From contig DAHVDN010000001.1 of NCBI GenBank assembly GCA_027313505.1, forward strand, positions 43,366 through 107,365: a stretch of DNA of 64,000 nucleotides. Direction: 5' to 3'. The position numbers and the translations under genes are program-made. Origin of the DNA: Candidatus Dormiibacterota bacterium. GTDB lineage: Bacteria; Chloroflexota; Dormibacteria; Aeolococcales; Bog-877. Position 1 is the stretch's first letter, and each line of letters opens with the position of its first letter. The notes below the pieces were generated by a model, which was not told where the DNA came from, did not search any database, and saw only the letters and a list, made by a program, of their open reading frames with translations. Of the stretch, positions 19,150 through 27,774 are shown piece by piece.

Positions 19150-19938
19150 TCAGGAGTCAGAGGACGCTCCAGCCAGAGTGATTCGACCGCGACGCCGGGC
19201 AGCGGGGCGCGCCACTGGCTGCGGTGTCTCCCGTCGGACGCGGGGGGCCGCGGTGCGCTTGGCTGCGGGCCGTGAGGCTGTGGTTCGCGAGCTTCTCGGA
19301 GCGGCAGTTGCGGTCCGCCGACTGCGCGTCGCCGTCCCGGCGCTGGCGGCGCCTGACCGCCGCGCCGGTGCAGCGGATCCCGTCCTCCTGCGTGAGCTCG
19401 CGGCCGGGCTGCTCGAAGTTCGGCGCCTCGCGATTGGAGCCGCTGCGGCCACGGTGCGCGTGGCTGAGGTGGTGCGTCGTCGTGTCGCTGGGGAAGCAGC
19501 CGTGGTGCTCCGCCTCACCGTGGGTCGTGTTGAGGTGGTACGGCGGGTGCTGGCCGCCGCTGGGCTGGTGCGTCGACGCGCTGGGGCTGCACCGCTGGAT
19601 GGCCTTCGTGCAGCGCTGCGGGGCGCGGCGGTCCGTCGTACGGGCGCCCGCCGGACGCTGGTTGTAACGGTGGACGCGCTGCGGGTCATCGCGTGATCCA
19701 GTTTGCGCTCCAACTCCGCAAGCCGCTTCTCCAGGGCCTTCAACTGGGTGGCAAGACTCCTGTTCAGAGCGGCTGGCGTCACGCGACTGATCGGAGTCCT
19801 GGTGGTGCGACGCGCCGCAGTGCGACGGGGCGTCGCGGCCTTGGCAGATGTCCGGCGCGCTGTCGGCCGAGCGGTGGTGCGACTGGGCGTGCGCGCAGTT
19901 GTGCGCCTGGCGCCAGTCCTTCTGGTCGTGCGGGGCAT
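19150..19938 (-). CDS. Extremely basic low-complexity protein (Arg/Thr/Ala/Ser/Pro-rich) with a short central coiled-coil; candidate nucleic-acid-binding or nucleoid-associated protein
   Basis: ATG at 19938 has a perfect AGGAGG 6 nt upstream. The 262-aa product is dominated by RTTAR/RRTS repeats except for LATQLKALEKRLAELERKLDHA. The overlapping plus-strand ORF (19178..19696) has no RBS and Arg/Ala/Val-only composition typical of antisense. Confidence 0.55.
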   Translation of the reverse strand: MPRTTRRTGARRTTARTPSRTTARPTARRTSAKAATPRRTAARRTTRTPISRVTPAALNRSLATQLKALEKRLAELERKLDHAMTRSASTVTTSVRRAPVRRTAAPRSAARRPSSGAAPARRRTSPAAASTRRTTSTRPTVRRSTTAASPATRRRTTSATRTVAAAAPIARRRTSSSPAASSRRRTGSAAPARRSGAASAGTATRSRRTATAAPRSSRTTASRPAAKRTAAPRVRRETPQPVARPAARRRGRITLAGASSDS

Positions 19939-20139
19939 GTGTCGCCTCCTAGTGATGTGGCGGCGATCGATGTCGCCGCGTTATGGCTGCGTCTGGTGTT
20001 CTGCCGAACCCAAACCAACTCAGCGGTGCTGGGGTGCAGGGTTCGCGTTGAGTGCTTCGCAGTTCAATCCATCGGATTGTTGCACACATGCGCGCCCGTG
20101 TGTGATGGGGAGGTGAATGCTAAGCGCGCTGAAAGTCAT

Positions 20140-20168
20140 TTGAGTGTGATATTTGAACGCGGTAGAGT
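20140..20168 (+). promoter_or_regulatory. Candidate sigma70-like promoter for gdh (TTGAGT-17nt-TAGAGT) in an unusually AT-rich patch
   Basis: The hexamers and the 17-nt spacer are read directly. The gdh start is 25 nt downstream. Confidence 0.3.
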
Positions 20169-20192
20169 GAGTCGCCATTTCCCCCGCTGCCG

Positions 20193-21482
20193 TTGAGCAA
20201 GGCATATACTGGCGCGGTGATTGCGCCTTCCGAAACCATCGAGGATCTGTACGCGACCGGCCAGCACAGAGTTGACCAGGCGGCGCGATTCCTCCGCCTC
20301 AGCGATGACCTCCACGCTGTTCTGCGAGAGGTCAAGCGGGTCTTTCAGGTGCATTTTCCAGTGGTGCGCGATGACGGGTCGGTGGAGGTCTACACCGGAT
20401 TCCGCGTCCATCACAGTCTGGCCCGCGGTCCTGCGAAGGGCGGCATCCGATACGAGCCTGGGGCGACGGTGCAGGGGACCAAGGCGCAGGCGATGTTGAT
20501 GAGCTGGAAGACCGCGGTGATGTCACTTCCCTTCGGGGGAGCGGCGGGTGCTGTGCGAGTTGACCCCACACGGCTCAGCTCGCGAGAGCTGGAGCGACTG
20601 ACGCGACGGTTCACCACCGAGATTCGACTTTTGCTGGGGCCAGAGCGTGATATTCCCGCACCCGACATTGGAACCGGGCCCCAGGTGATGGCCTGGATGA
20701 TGGACACCATCTCCATGCACGAGGGTTACTCAGTCACCGCCGCCGTTACCGGCAAGCCGATTGAGGCGGGCGGTTCGGTTGGCCGGATCGAGGCGCCAGG
20801 TCGTGGGTTGGCGACGGTCCTGATGCACACCATGCGCAACACCGGTCTCAGCCTGGAAGGGGCGACCGTTGCAGTTGAGGGCTTCGGCACTGTCGGGGCC
20901 ACCTGCGCCCGCCTCCTGGCTGCGGCCGGATGTCGAGTCGTCGCCGTCTCCGACCACACCGGGGGCTGGCACAACGATGGCGGCCTCGACCTGGTCGCGA
21001 TGGACCAGGTGAAGGCCGAAGGCGGGCAGCTGAGCCAAGCGGGGGTGAGCGGGGACGCGATCAGCCGCGAGGAGCTGTTGGCGCTGCCGGTAACGGTGCT
21101 GATCCCAGCATCGGTTGAAAGTGTGGTCAACGCTGGAAACGCCTCTCATGTCCGTGCCCGAATTGTGGCGGAGGGCGCAAATGGTCCGGTGACACCTGTT
21201 GCGGAGGCGGTGCTGGCGGAGGACGGCATCGTGGTGGTGCCGGACATCCTCGCCAACGGCGGCGGGGTTACCGTCTCCTACTTCGAGTGGGTGCAGGACT
21301 TGCAATCATTCTTCTGGGAGGAGTCGGAAATTAGCTCCCAGTTGGAGCGGGCCATGCTAAGGGCCGCCGACCAGGTCTGGGCCTACTCGGCCCACCACCA
21401 CATCTCGTTGCGCGAAGCCGCCTACGCGATTGCGATCGGGCGGGTGGCGCGGGCCTCAAGTGCCCGCGGGGTCTACCCCTAG
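20193..21482 (+). CDS. gdhA: NAD(P)-dependent glutamate dehydrogenase (Glu/Leu/Phe/Val dehydrogenase family)
   Basis: GPAKGGIRYEPGATVQGTKAQAMLMSWKTAVMSLPFGGAAGAVRVDP contains the catalytic-lysine glycine-rich motif. A Rossmann GFGTVG motif is present. 429 aa. Confidence 0.85.
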   Translation: MSKAYTGAVIAPSETIEDLYATGQHRVDQAARFLRLSDDLHAVLREVKRVFQVHFPVVRDDGSVEVYTGFRVHHSLARGPAKGGIRYEPGATVQGTKAQAMLMSWKTAVMSLPFGGAAGAVRVDPTRLSSRELERLTRRFTTEIRLLLGPERDIPAPDIGTGPQVMAWMMDTISMHEGYSVTAAVTGKPIEAGGSVGRIEAPGRGLATVLMHTMRNTGLSLEGATVAVEGFGTVGATCARLLAAAGCRVVAVSDHTGGWHNDGGLDLVAMDQVKAEGGQLSQAGVSGDAISREELLALPVTVLIPASVESVVNAGNASHVRARIVAEGANGPVTPVAEAVLAEDGIVVVPDILANGGGVTVSYFEWVQDLQSFFWEESEISSQLERAMLRAADQVWAYSAHHHISLREAAYAIAIGRVARASSARGVYP

Positions 21483-22292
21483 CCTTAAGCCGCCCGTGCC
21501 GCGTCGCAGGGGCAGCACCGGGTCGCGCCCTGGTTGGTACTCGAACCGGTAGCCGGCGCCGATTACGACGTGGATGTAGTGCGGGCCGTCGGCGCGAGGT
21601 TGCAGCTTGCGCCGAAGGCGGTAGAGATGTGCATCCAGGGAATGGACCTGGTAGGGGTCCCGGCGGCGCCACACGTCCGCGATCAGCTGGGGCCTGGAAA
21701 CGACGCGGCCAGCATTGCGGGCAAGGGCGCTCAGGATTCCAAACTCGGTGGGTGTCAGCGACAAGGTGCGGTCGTCCCGGCGAACCTCGTGGCGGCCCAA
21801 GTCAATGATGAGCCCTGGGAAGGACATGCGATTCTGGGTTGCCGCGGAACGCATCAGGCGGGCTCTACGAAGCCTGGCGTTGATTCGCGCCACCAACTCC
21901 CGCACCTCAAATGGCTTGCGCAGATAGTCGTCGGCGCCCACCTCGAGACCCACGACGACATCCTCGGGGTCGTGTAGGCAGGAGACCATCATCACCGTGG
22001 ACTTCACCCCGGCACCGCGAAGCCTGCGGCAGACCTCCACGCCGCTCATGTCAGGCAGGACAAGATCCAAGAGAATCAGGTCCGGTTCTTCCTCTATCGC
22101 CAGCCGAAGGCCCAGAGCTCCACTTGCCGCGGTGGCGACTCCATAGCCGCTCTCAGCGGCAATCAGTTGGACCAGCTGCAGCATCGCGGGGTCGTCGTCG
22201 ACGATCAGAAGCGTCGCGGTATCGGTCGGAAGGGTTGGGGGCGGGAGCTCCCAGTCATCGGTCATGCCCAGTTGGGGTGCGGTTGCCTGCAT
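21456..22292 (-). CDS. OmpR/PhoB-family response regulator (REC + winged-helix), apparently orphan
   Basis: LLIVDDDPAMLQLV...ILLDLVLPDMSGVEVCRRLR...DDYLRKPFEVRELVARI is the REC domain. TLSLTPTEFGILSALARNAGRVVSRPQLIADVW...IHVVIGAGYRFE is Trans_reg_C. Start set at ATG 22292; the longer N-terminal extension is non-conserved. The 3' end overlaps gdh convergently by 27 nt. No histidine kinase is adjacent. Confidence 0.8.
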   Translation of the reverse strand: MQATAPQLGMTDDWELPPPTLPTDTATLLIVDDDPAMLQLVQLIAAESGYGVATAASGALGLRLAIEEEPDLILLDLVLPDMSGVEVCRRLRGAGVKSTVMMVSCLHDPEDVVVGLEVGADDYLRKPFEVRELVARINARLRRARLMRSAATQNRMSFPGLIIDLGRHEVRRDDRTLSLTPTEFGILSALARNAGRVVSRPQLIADVWRRRDPYQVHSLDAHLYRLRRKLQPRADGPHYIHVVIGAGYRFEYQPGRDPVLPLRRGTGGLRLGVDPAGT

Positions 22293-22434
22293 CACGCCGG
22301 GATTGTGTCCCCACAGCCACTGAATTGGGCGTCCTGTATTGACAACGGCTGCGTAACAAGCTCCGCGACGGGTGTGACGGCGCTCAACTTCCGCGAGGTC
22401 GGTTACCATGAATGCCAGTTCAGGAGGAGCCGCG

Positions 22435-23094
22435 ATGAGGTCGAGATTCGCGGGGTGGGGTAGGCGGCGTCGGATTGGGAATATCCTGGCGATCACCGGG
22501 GCAGTCCTGGTGCTGGCCGGGATCGGAGTGCTGCTGCCGCCGGTCCTAGGGGTGCTGCACCGAGGCGGAAACGACAAGCAGCTCCTTCAGAAGTGGCTGG
22601 GGCCCAAGAGCGCTATCACCAAGGTCATCCCCCAGCAGAACGAAACGCCCGTGAACTCCACCACCCCCGCGACCGTGCCCGCGTGCGGGACGGGACCGGC
22701 CAACTCGGAGTACGCGCTGGTGGCCTTTCCCAGCTTGCCTGGGGTTGAGGGAGTCGCGGGCAACGGCAATTGGGGGATGCTCACCCAGAGGTCGGTAGTG
22801 CACTACTCGGACTCCCCCGGTCCTGGGGGGGTCGGGAACATGCTATTGGCCCTCCATCGAGAGCCCAATTTCGAGCCGTTGGGCACCCTCAAGGCGGGGA
22901 ACCAGATTCTGATCACAGCTCGCAACTGCCAGCAGTTCACTTACACGATCACCCAGGTATGGGTGGAGAACCCGTCACAGGTGACCCAGCTGCAGCCGAT
23001 CAGCCAGGGGCACTTCCTGACTCTGGTGACCTGCACCCCCCTGTGGGTGGACACTCAGCGAATCGTCATCCGGGCTACGCTCACGGCCAGCTGA
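22435..23094 (+). CDS. Sortase-family transpeptidase (class E/F-like) with N-terminal membrane anchor
   Basis: ATG at 22435 with GGAGGAG 6 nt upstream. TM anchor IGNILAITGAVLVLAGIGVLLPP. Conserved His (LLALHREPNFEPLG), the active-site TLxTC motif (HFLTLVTCTPLW) and the downstream Arg (RIVIRAT) are all present. Confidence 0.7.
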   Translation: MRSRFAGWGRRRRIGNILAITGAVLVLAGIGVLLPPVLGVLHRGGNDKQLLQKWLGPKSAITKVIPQQNETPVNSTTPATVPACGTGPANSEYALVAFPSLPGVEGVAGNGNWGMLTQRSVVHYSDSPGPGGVGNMLLALHREPNFEPLGTLKAGNQILITARNCQQFTYTITQVWVENPSQVTQLQPISQGHFLTLVTCTPLWVDTQRIVIRATLTAS

Positions 23095-23267
23095 ACGGCA
23101 CCGGTCCGCGGTTCCACCACATGAAGTGGATGCCAACGTCGTAGACCACTAAATAGCGCCTTCCGCGGGCTGAGGCGCCAGCGTCATCTGCTATGCTTTG
23201 CCAAGGGATAGCGCAGTCTATGGGCGGTCCCGCGCACCTGGAGACCGGGACTGGGAGGTGGCCTTGC

Positions 23268-24428
23268 TTGGATATTGAACTGGGACGTGGGAAGCGGGCA
23301 AGGCGGGCCTACGGCTTCGACGAGGTGGCCTTGGTCCCCGGGAAGGTCACCATCAACCCCGACGAGATCGACATCACCATGCGAATTAGAGACGTCGAGA
23401 TCCCGGTTCCCATCCTCGCCTCTGCCATGGATGGAGTAGTCGACCCGCACTTCGCAGTCGCCATGGGGCGCCTCGGAGCCATGGCGGTCCTGAATCTGGA
23501 CGGTGTCAACTGCAGATATGAGGACCCGGCCGCAGTATATGAGGAGATAGCGGAGGCTCCAAGGGACAAGGTCAATCAGCTGCTACAGCGGCTGTACCTG
23601 GAACCGGTCAAAGACGAGCTGATCGCCCGTCGGATCGAGGAGATCACGCGCGAGAACGTGCTCTGCGGGGTGTCGACCACTCCAGCCGATGCTGAGCACC
23701 GCCTCCCAATCGCGACCGAGGCCGGAGCGGACATCTATTTCGTGCAGGGCACCGTGCTCACCGCACGGCACATCTCCCGCTCCTATCGCCAGTTGGATTT
23801 TGCCCATCTGATGGCCCAATCCCGCCTCCCCGTGGTGGTCGGCAACTGTGTGGAGTACTACACCGCGTTGGAGCTGATGGCCACAGGGGTCGACGGAATC
23901 CTGGTGGGGGTTGGCCCCGGGGCCGCCTGCACCACCCGCGGGGTGCTGGGCATTGGAGTGCCACAGGTGACTGCGACAGCCGATGTCGCCGCCGCTCGCA
24001 ATGACCATCGCCGGACCGGTGGCAAGTCGGTGACCGTGATCACCGACGGAGGCATGCGCGTCGGTGGCGACGTCACCAAGGCCTTCGCCTCCGGCGCTGA
24101 CGGGGTCATGATCGGGTCCGTGTTCGCCTCTGCGGAAGAGGCTCCGGGGAAGGGGCACCACTGGGGGATGGCGACACCGGACCCCAACCTGCCCCGGGGG
24201 ACGCGGATCAAGGTTGGAACCAAGGCCACCCTGCGCGAGCTACTGTTGGGCCCGGCCCGGGTGGACGACGGGAGTCAGAACCTGGTCGGAGCAATCAAGG
24301 CGGCGATGGGGGTCTGTGGGGCTCGCACCATCGAAGAGTTCCAGCAAACCGAGCTGGTCATCGCCCCGGCGATCCTGACTGAGGGCAAGCTCTTCCAGCA
24401 AGCCCAACAGGTCGGGATGGCTCGTTGA
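23268..24428 (+). CDS. IMP dehydrogenase-family protein lacking CBS domains (GuaB3-like paralog)
   Basis: TTG at 23268 with GGGAGGTGG 10 nt upstream. N-terminus [27 protein letters not shown] matches the recalled GuaB3 N-terminus (VEIGIGREARRTY...). The catalytic-loop Cys is retained ([17 protein letters not shown]). About 386 aa with no CBS insert. It is immediately upstream of guaA. Confidence 0.75.
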   Translation: MDIELGRGKRARRAYGFDEVALVPGKVTINPDEIDITMRIRDVEIPVPILASAMDGVVDPHFAVAMGRLGAMAVLNLDGVNCRYEDPAAVYEEIAEAPRDKVNQLLQRLYLEPVKDELIARRIEEITRENVLCGVSTTPADAEHRLPIATEAGADIYFVQGTVLTARHISRSYRQLDFAHLMAQSRLPVVVGNCVEYYTALELMATGVDGILVGVGPGAACTTRGVLGIGVPQVTATADVAAARNDHRRTGGKSVTVITDGGMRVGGDVTKAFASGADGVMIGSVFASAEEAPGKGHHWGMATPDPNLPRGTRIKVGTKATLRELLLGPARVDDGSQNLVGAIKAAMGVCGARTIEEFQQTELVIAPAILTEGKLFQQAQQVGMAR

Positions 24429-24498
24429 GGGCTGGGGACCAGGGCAGATGATCACCGCCGCTCCGGGGACAGTCGAGGTAGAGGGCGGTGGTGAGACG

Positions 24499-26043
24499 AT
24501 GGAGGTCGGCGCTGAGCGCGTCCTGATACTCGACTTCGGCTCCCAGTACAGCCAGCTGATCGCGCGCCGGATCCGAGAGCTGAAGGTCTACTGCGAGTTG
24601 GTTCCCGGGACGATCTCGGTAGAGGAGGTGCGCCGCCAGCATCCTCGTGGGCTGGTGCTGAGCGGCGGCCCGGCCAGCGTATACGACGCCGACGCCATCA
24701 GGCCGGATCCGGAGATCTACAGTCTGGGCGTCCCCATCCTGGGAATCTGCTACGGCATGCAGCTACTCGCTCACGACCTGGGAGGGAGAGTGCGCCCGGC
24801 CGCCAAGCGAGAGTATGGTCTGGCCGCCGTCGTTGTGGACCGCGAAGAGGGAATCTTCTCGGGACTCCCACAGGAGATGCCGGTGTGGATGAGCCACGGC
24901 GACGTGATAGAGGAGCTGCCTCCCGGCTACCGGGTCATGGCCCATACCCTCAACAGCCCGGTGGCCGCGATGTCCGGGCCAGGCGGCAGCGTGGGAATTC
25001 AATTTCACCTCGAGGTTGCGCATACTCCGCAGGGTTCGGAGATGCTACGCAACTTCCTCTATCGAACCTGCGGATGCGAGGGGAACTGGGAAGCCAGCAG
25101 TTTCGTCGAGCAGGCGGTCGCTGAGATCCGCCGCAAGGTGGGAGGAGAGAGGGTGATCTGCGCTCTGTCAGGGGGAGTGGACTCGGCCGTGGCCGCCACC
25201 CTGGTGCATCGAGCGATAGGAGATCAGCTGACCTGTGTGTTCGTGGACAACGGCCTCTTGCGGCGTGGTGAGGCCGACCGGGTGATCGACGTACTCACTC
25301 GAAGCATGCGGATGCGGATCGTGCGAGTGGAAGGTGCCGAGCGGTTCGTGGGCGCGCTGGCGGGGGTGGTTGACCCCGAGGAGAAGCGCCGTATCGTCGG
25401 TCGCGAGTTCATCAGCGCCTTTGAGGAGGAGACCATAAGGATGGGTGACGTGCCCTTTTTGGCTCAGGGCACCCTTTACCCGGATGTCATCGAGAGCACC
25501 TCGGCCGACACCTTTGGCGCTCGGAAGATCAAGACCCACCACAATGTGGGCGGTCTCCCCCAGTCCATGACCTTCAGCCTGGTTGAGCCGCTTCGCTACC
25601 TGTTCAAGGACGAGGTGCGCCGTGTCGGAAGGGCGCTGGGCCTGCCAGACGATTTGGTGATGCGGCAGCCGTTCCCCGGCCCCGGACTTTCCATCCGGAT
25701 CATCGGGGAGGTCACCAAGGAGCGGCTCGAGACGGTTCGGAGTGCCGACTGGGTGGTCATCGACGAGATCAAACGGAGCGGTCTCTACGGCAAGGTTTGG
25801 CAGAGTTTCGCGATCCTTACCCCCATCAGCAGCGTCGGCGTGATGGGAGACTACCGCACCTACGCCAACGTGGTGGCGGTGCGGATCGTCACCTCAGACG
25901 ATGGCATGACCGCAGATTGGGCAAGGGTTCCCTACGACGTTTTGGCCGACATCAGTCGAAGGATAGTCAACGAGGTGCCGGGCGTGAACCGGGTGGTGTA
26001 CGACATCAGCAGCAAGCCCCCTTCGACCATCGAGTGGGAGTGA
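24499..26043 (+). CDS. guaA: GMP synthase (glutamine-hydrolysing)
   Basis: GATase1 N-terminus [30 protein letters not shown] with active-site context [12 protein letters not shown]-PPase motif SGGVDSAV. C-terminus GxxKxHHN...[23 protein letters not shown]. Start moved to the conserved Met at 24499. Confidence 0.9.
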   Translation: MEVGAERVLILDFGSQYSQLIARRIRELKVYCELVPGTISVEEVRRQHPRGLVLSGGPASVYDADAIRPDPEIYSLGVPILGICYGMQLLAHDLGGRVRPAAKREYGLAAVVVDREEGIFSGLPQEMPVWMSHGDVIEELPPGYRVMAHTLNSPVAAMSGPGGSVGIQFHLEVAHTPQGSEMLRNFLYRTCGCEGNWEASSFVEQAVAEIRRKVGGERVICALSGGVDSAVAATLVHRAIGDQLTCVFVDNGLLRRGEADRVIDVLTRSMRMRIVRVEGAERFVGALAGVVDPEEKRRIVGREFISAFEEETIRMGDVPFLAQGTLYPDVIESTSADTFGARKIKTHHNVGGLPQSMTFSLVEPLRYLFKDEVRRVGRALGLPDDLVMRQPFPGPGLSIRIIGEVTKERLETVRSADWVVIDEIKRSGLYGKVWQSFAILTPISSVGVMGDYRTYANVVAVRIVTSDDGMTADWARVPYDVLADISRRIVNEVPGVNRVVYDISSKPPSTIEWE

Positions 26044-27317
26044 CCTCTCCGCCCCATTCCCTCCGGGTACTGGTGGTGGGGAGCGGGGGACGGGAGCACG
26101 CCTTGGCGTGGGCCTGTGCCCGCAGCCCCTTGGTCGGCGAGGTCCTCGCAGCACCCGGAAATGGGGGAACGGCGACTGTGGGCCGTAACCTGCAGCTCTC
26201 GGTCACCGATGGTGTAGCGATCGCCAGGGCGGCCCTGGAGGCTCGGGTGGACCTGGTCGTGGTGGGGCCGGACGCCGCGATTGCAGCCGGGGTCACCGAC
26301 GCTATGGAGCAGGCGGGAATCCTCTGCTTCGGCGCGCGCAGGTTGGCGGGCGAGCTGGAGAGCAGCAAGGCGTTTGCCAAACGGCTGATGTCCCGAGTGG
26401 GAATCGACACCGCGGCGTTCGGGGTCTTCCATGAGGTGGGTGCCGCCCGTCGACATATCCTCTCTCACCCGGGCCCGGTGGTGGTCAAGGCCGACGGTCT
26501 GGCGCTTGGCAAGGGGGCGTTTGTCTGCCCGGACAGTGAAGTTGCGCTCCAGGTCACAGAGCGCCTCATGGTTCGCGGCGAACTTGGAGACCCAGGGCGA
26601 ACTGTCGTGATCGAGGAGGTTTTGGACGGCACAGAGGTGTCTCTCTTCGCCATCTGTGACGGTCAGCGAGCGGTCATGCTCCCGCCGGTTTGTGACTACA
26701 AGCGAGCGTTCGACGGAGATCTGGGGGACATGACCGGGGGCATGGGCGGATATTGCCCGCCCCGAGGACTGGACGTTGAGGCGATCAATCAGCGCGCTCT
26801 CGAGGAGGTGGTGACACCGGTTCTGGCCGAGATGTCTCGCCTCAGACGGCCCTTTCAAGGCTGCCTGTACGTGGGAGCGATGCTCAGCGGCACCCGGATA
26901 CAGGTCCTGGAGTTCAACGCGCGCTTTGGAGACCCGGAGACCGAGATTGTGTTACCGCTCTTAGGCGATCCGGTCCCCTACCTGCTCCAGGCCGCCCAGG
27001 GAGCCTTGGAGCTGCCCGCGCCCGCGCTGCTCGAGCCCGCGGCCGTCGGAGTCGTGGCCGTACGGGAGCCCTACCCGCAAGCCGTCTCCAAGGGCGGCCC
27101 GATTGAGGGTCTCGCGGAAGCCGCCCGGGCGGGCTGTCTGGTATTCCAGATGGGAACGCTGGCTGGGGCTGCAGGCGCCGTCGAGGTCGCTGGGGGTCGG
27201 GTGCTCATCTGCATGGCCGCGGGGGAGAGTGTAGCCAGGGCCCGGAGCAGGGCCTACTCCGGCCTCGAAAGGCTCAGTTTTGCGGGGATGCGCTACCGTT
27301 CCGATATCGCCGCCTGA
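26040..27317 (+). CDS. purD: Phosphoribosylamine--glycine ligase
   Basis: GTG at 26040 overlaps the guaA stop (GTGA). [16 protein letters not shown] and an ATP-grasp core. 425 aa, matching PurD length. Confidence 0.9.
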   Translation: MTSPPHSLRVLVVGSGGREHALAWACARSPLVGEVLAAPGNGGTATVGRNLQLSVTDGVAIARAALEARVDLVVVGPDAAIAAGVTDAMEQAGILCFGARRLAGELESSKAFAKRLMSRVGIDTAAFGVFHEVGAARRHILSHPGPVVVKADGLALGKGAFVCPDSEVALQVTERLMVRGELGDPGRTVVIEEVLDGTEVSLFAICDGQRAVMLPPVCDYKRAFDGDLGDMTGGMGGYCPPRGLDVEAINQRALEEVVTPVLAEMSRLRRPFQGCLYVGAMLSGTRIQVLEFNARFGDPETEIVLPLLGDPVPYLLQAAQGALELPAPALLEPAAVGVVAVREPYPQAVSKGGPIEGLAEAARAGCLVFQMGTLAGAAGAVEVAGGRVLICMAAGESVARARSRAYSGLERLSFAGMRYRSDIAA

Positions 27318-27349
27318 CCGGACGTAGTTCGCCGAGGTCCCAGCGCTCG

Positions 27350-27706
27350 ATGACCCCATCTCCATCGGAGTTCGAAAGAGAGCAGCTTCGCCAACTCCTG
27401 GAAGGAAGGATTCAACTCTTGGAGGGCGAGATCGACGGCCTGACCAAAAGGCGGTCGGAGCCGGGCTCTCAGATCCAGTACGGCAAGCGCGCCGGCGACC
27501 ACATCGCCGAGGTCACCGACAACCTGTCGCGAGCCAGGGCGGCGGAGCAGCTGTCCAAGCTCGCCGAGCAGGCCAGGGTGGCTCTGGATCGAATCGAAGC
27601 GGGCCGCTACGGTAGCTGCGAGGCCTGCGGTTCGGCCATCGCCAAAGAACGTCTCGAGGCGCTCCCATGGGCGGTCCGCTGTGTCGCCTGCGCGGGGAAG
27701 CGGTGA
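27350..27706 (+). CDS. DksA/TraR-family C4-type zinc-finger protein
   Basis: 118 aa with coiled-coil N-terminal half and C-terminal CxxC-x17-CxxC (GSCEACGSAIAKERLEALPWAVRCVACAG). Confidence 0.75.
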   Translation: MTPSPSEFEREQLRQLLEGRIQLLEGEIDGLTKRRSEPGSQIQYGKRAGDHIAEVTDNLSRARAAEQLSKLAEQARVALDRIEAGRYGSCEACGSAIAKERLEALPWAVRCVACAGKR

Positions 27707-27774
27707 AGGCAGGTCATCTTGGGTGCGAGGGCAGCGCGCATGGGGAGCCCACGGACCGCTAACCTTGGCAGGCA

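Noticed and set aside
19178-19696. Plus-strand 172-aa ORF rich in Arg/Ala/Val, overlapping the basic-protein gene
   Set aside because: It has no RBS and the monotonous R/A/V/L composition typical of the antisense frame of a GC-rich gene. The minus-strand ORF has a perfect AGGAGG-6nt-ATG start.
25932-26858. Minus-strand 308-aa ORF over the guaA/purD junction
   Set aside because: It is antisense to two conserved, translationally coupled genes.
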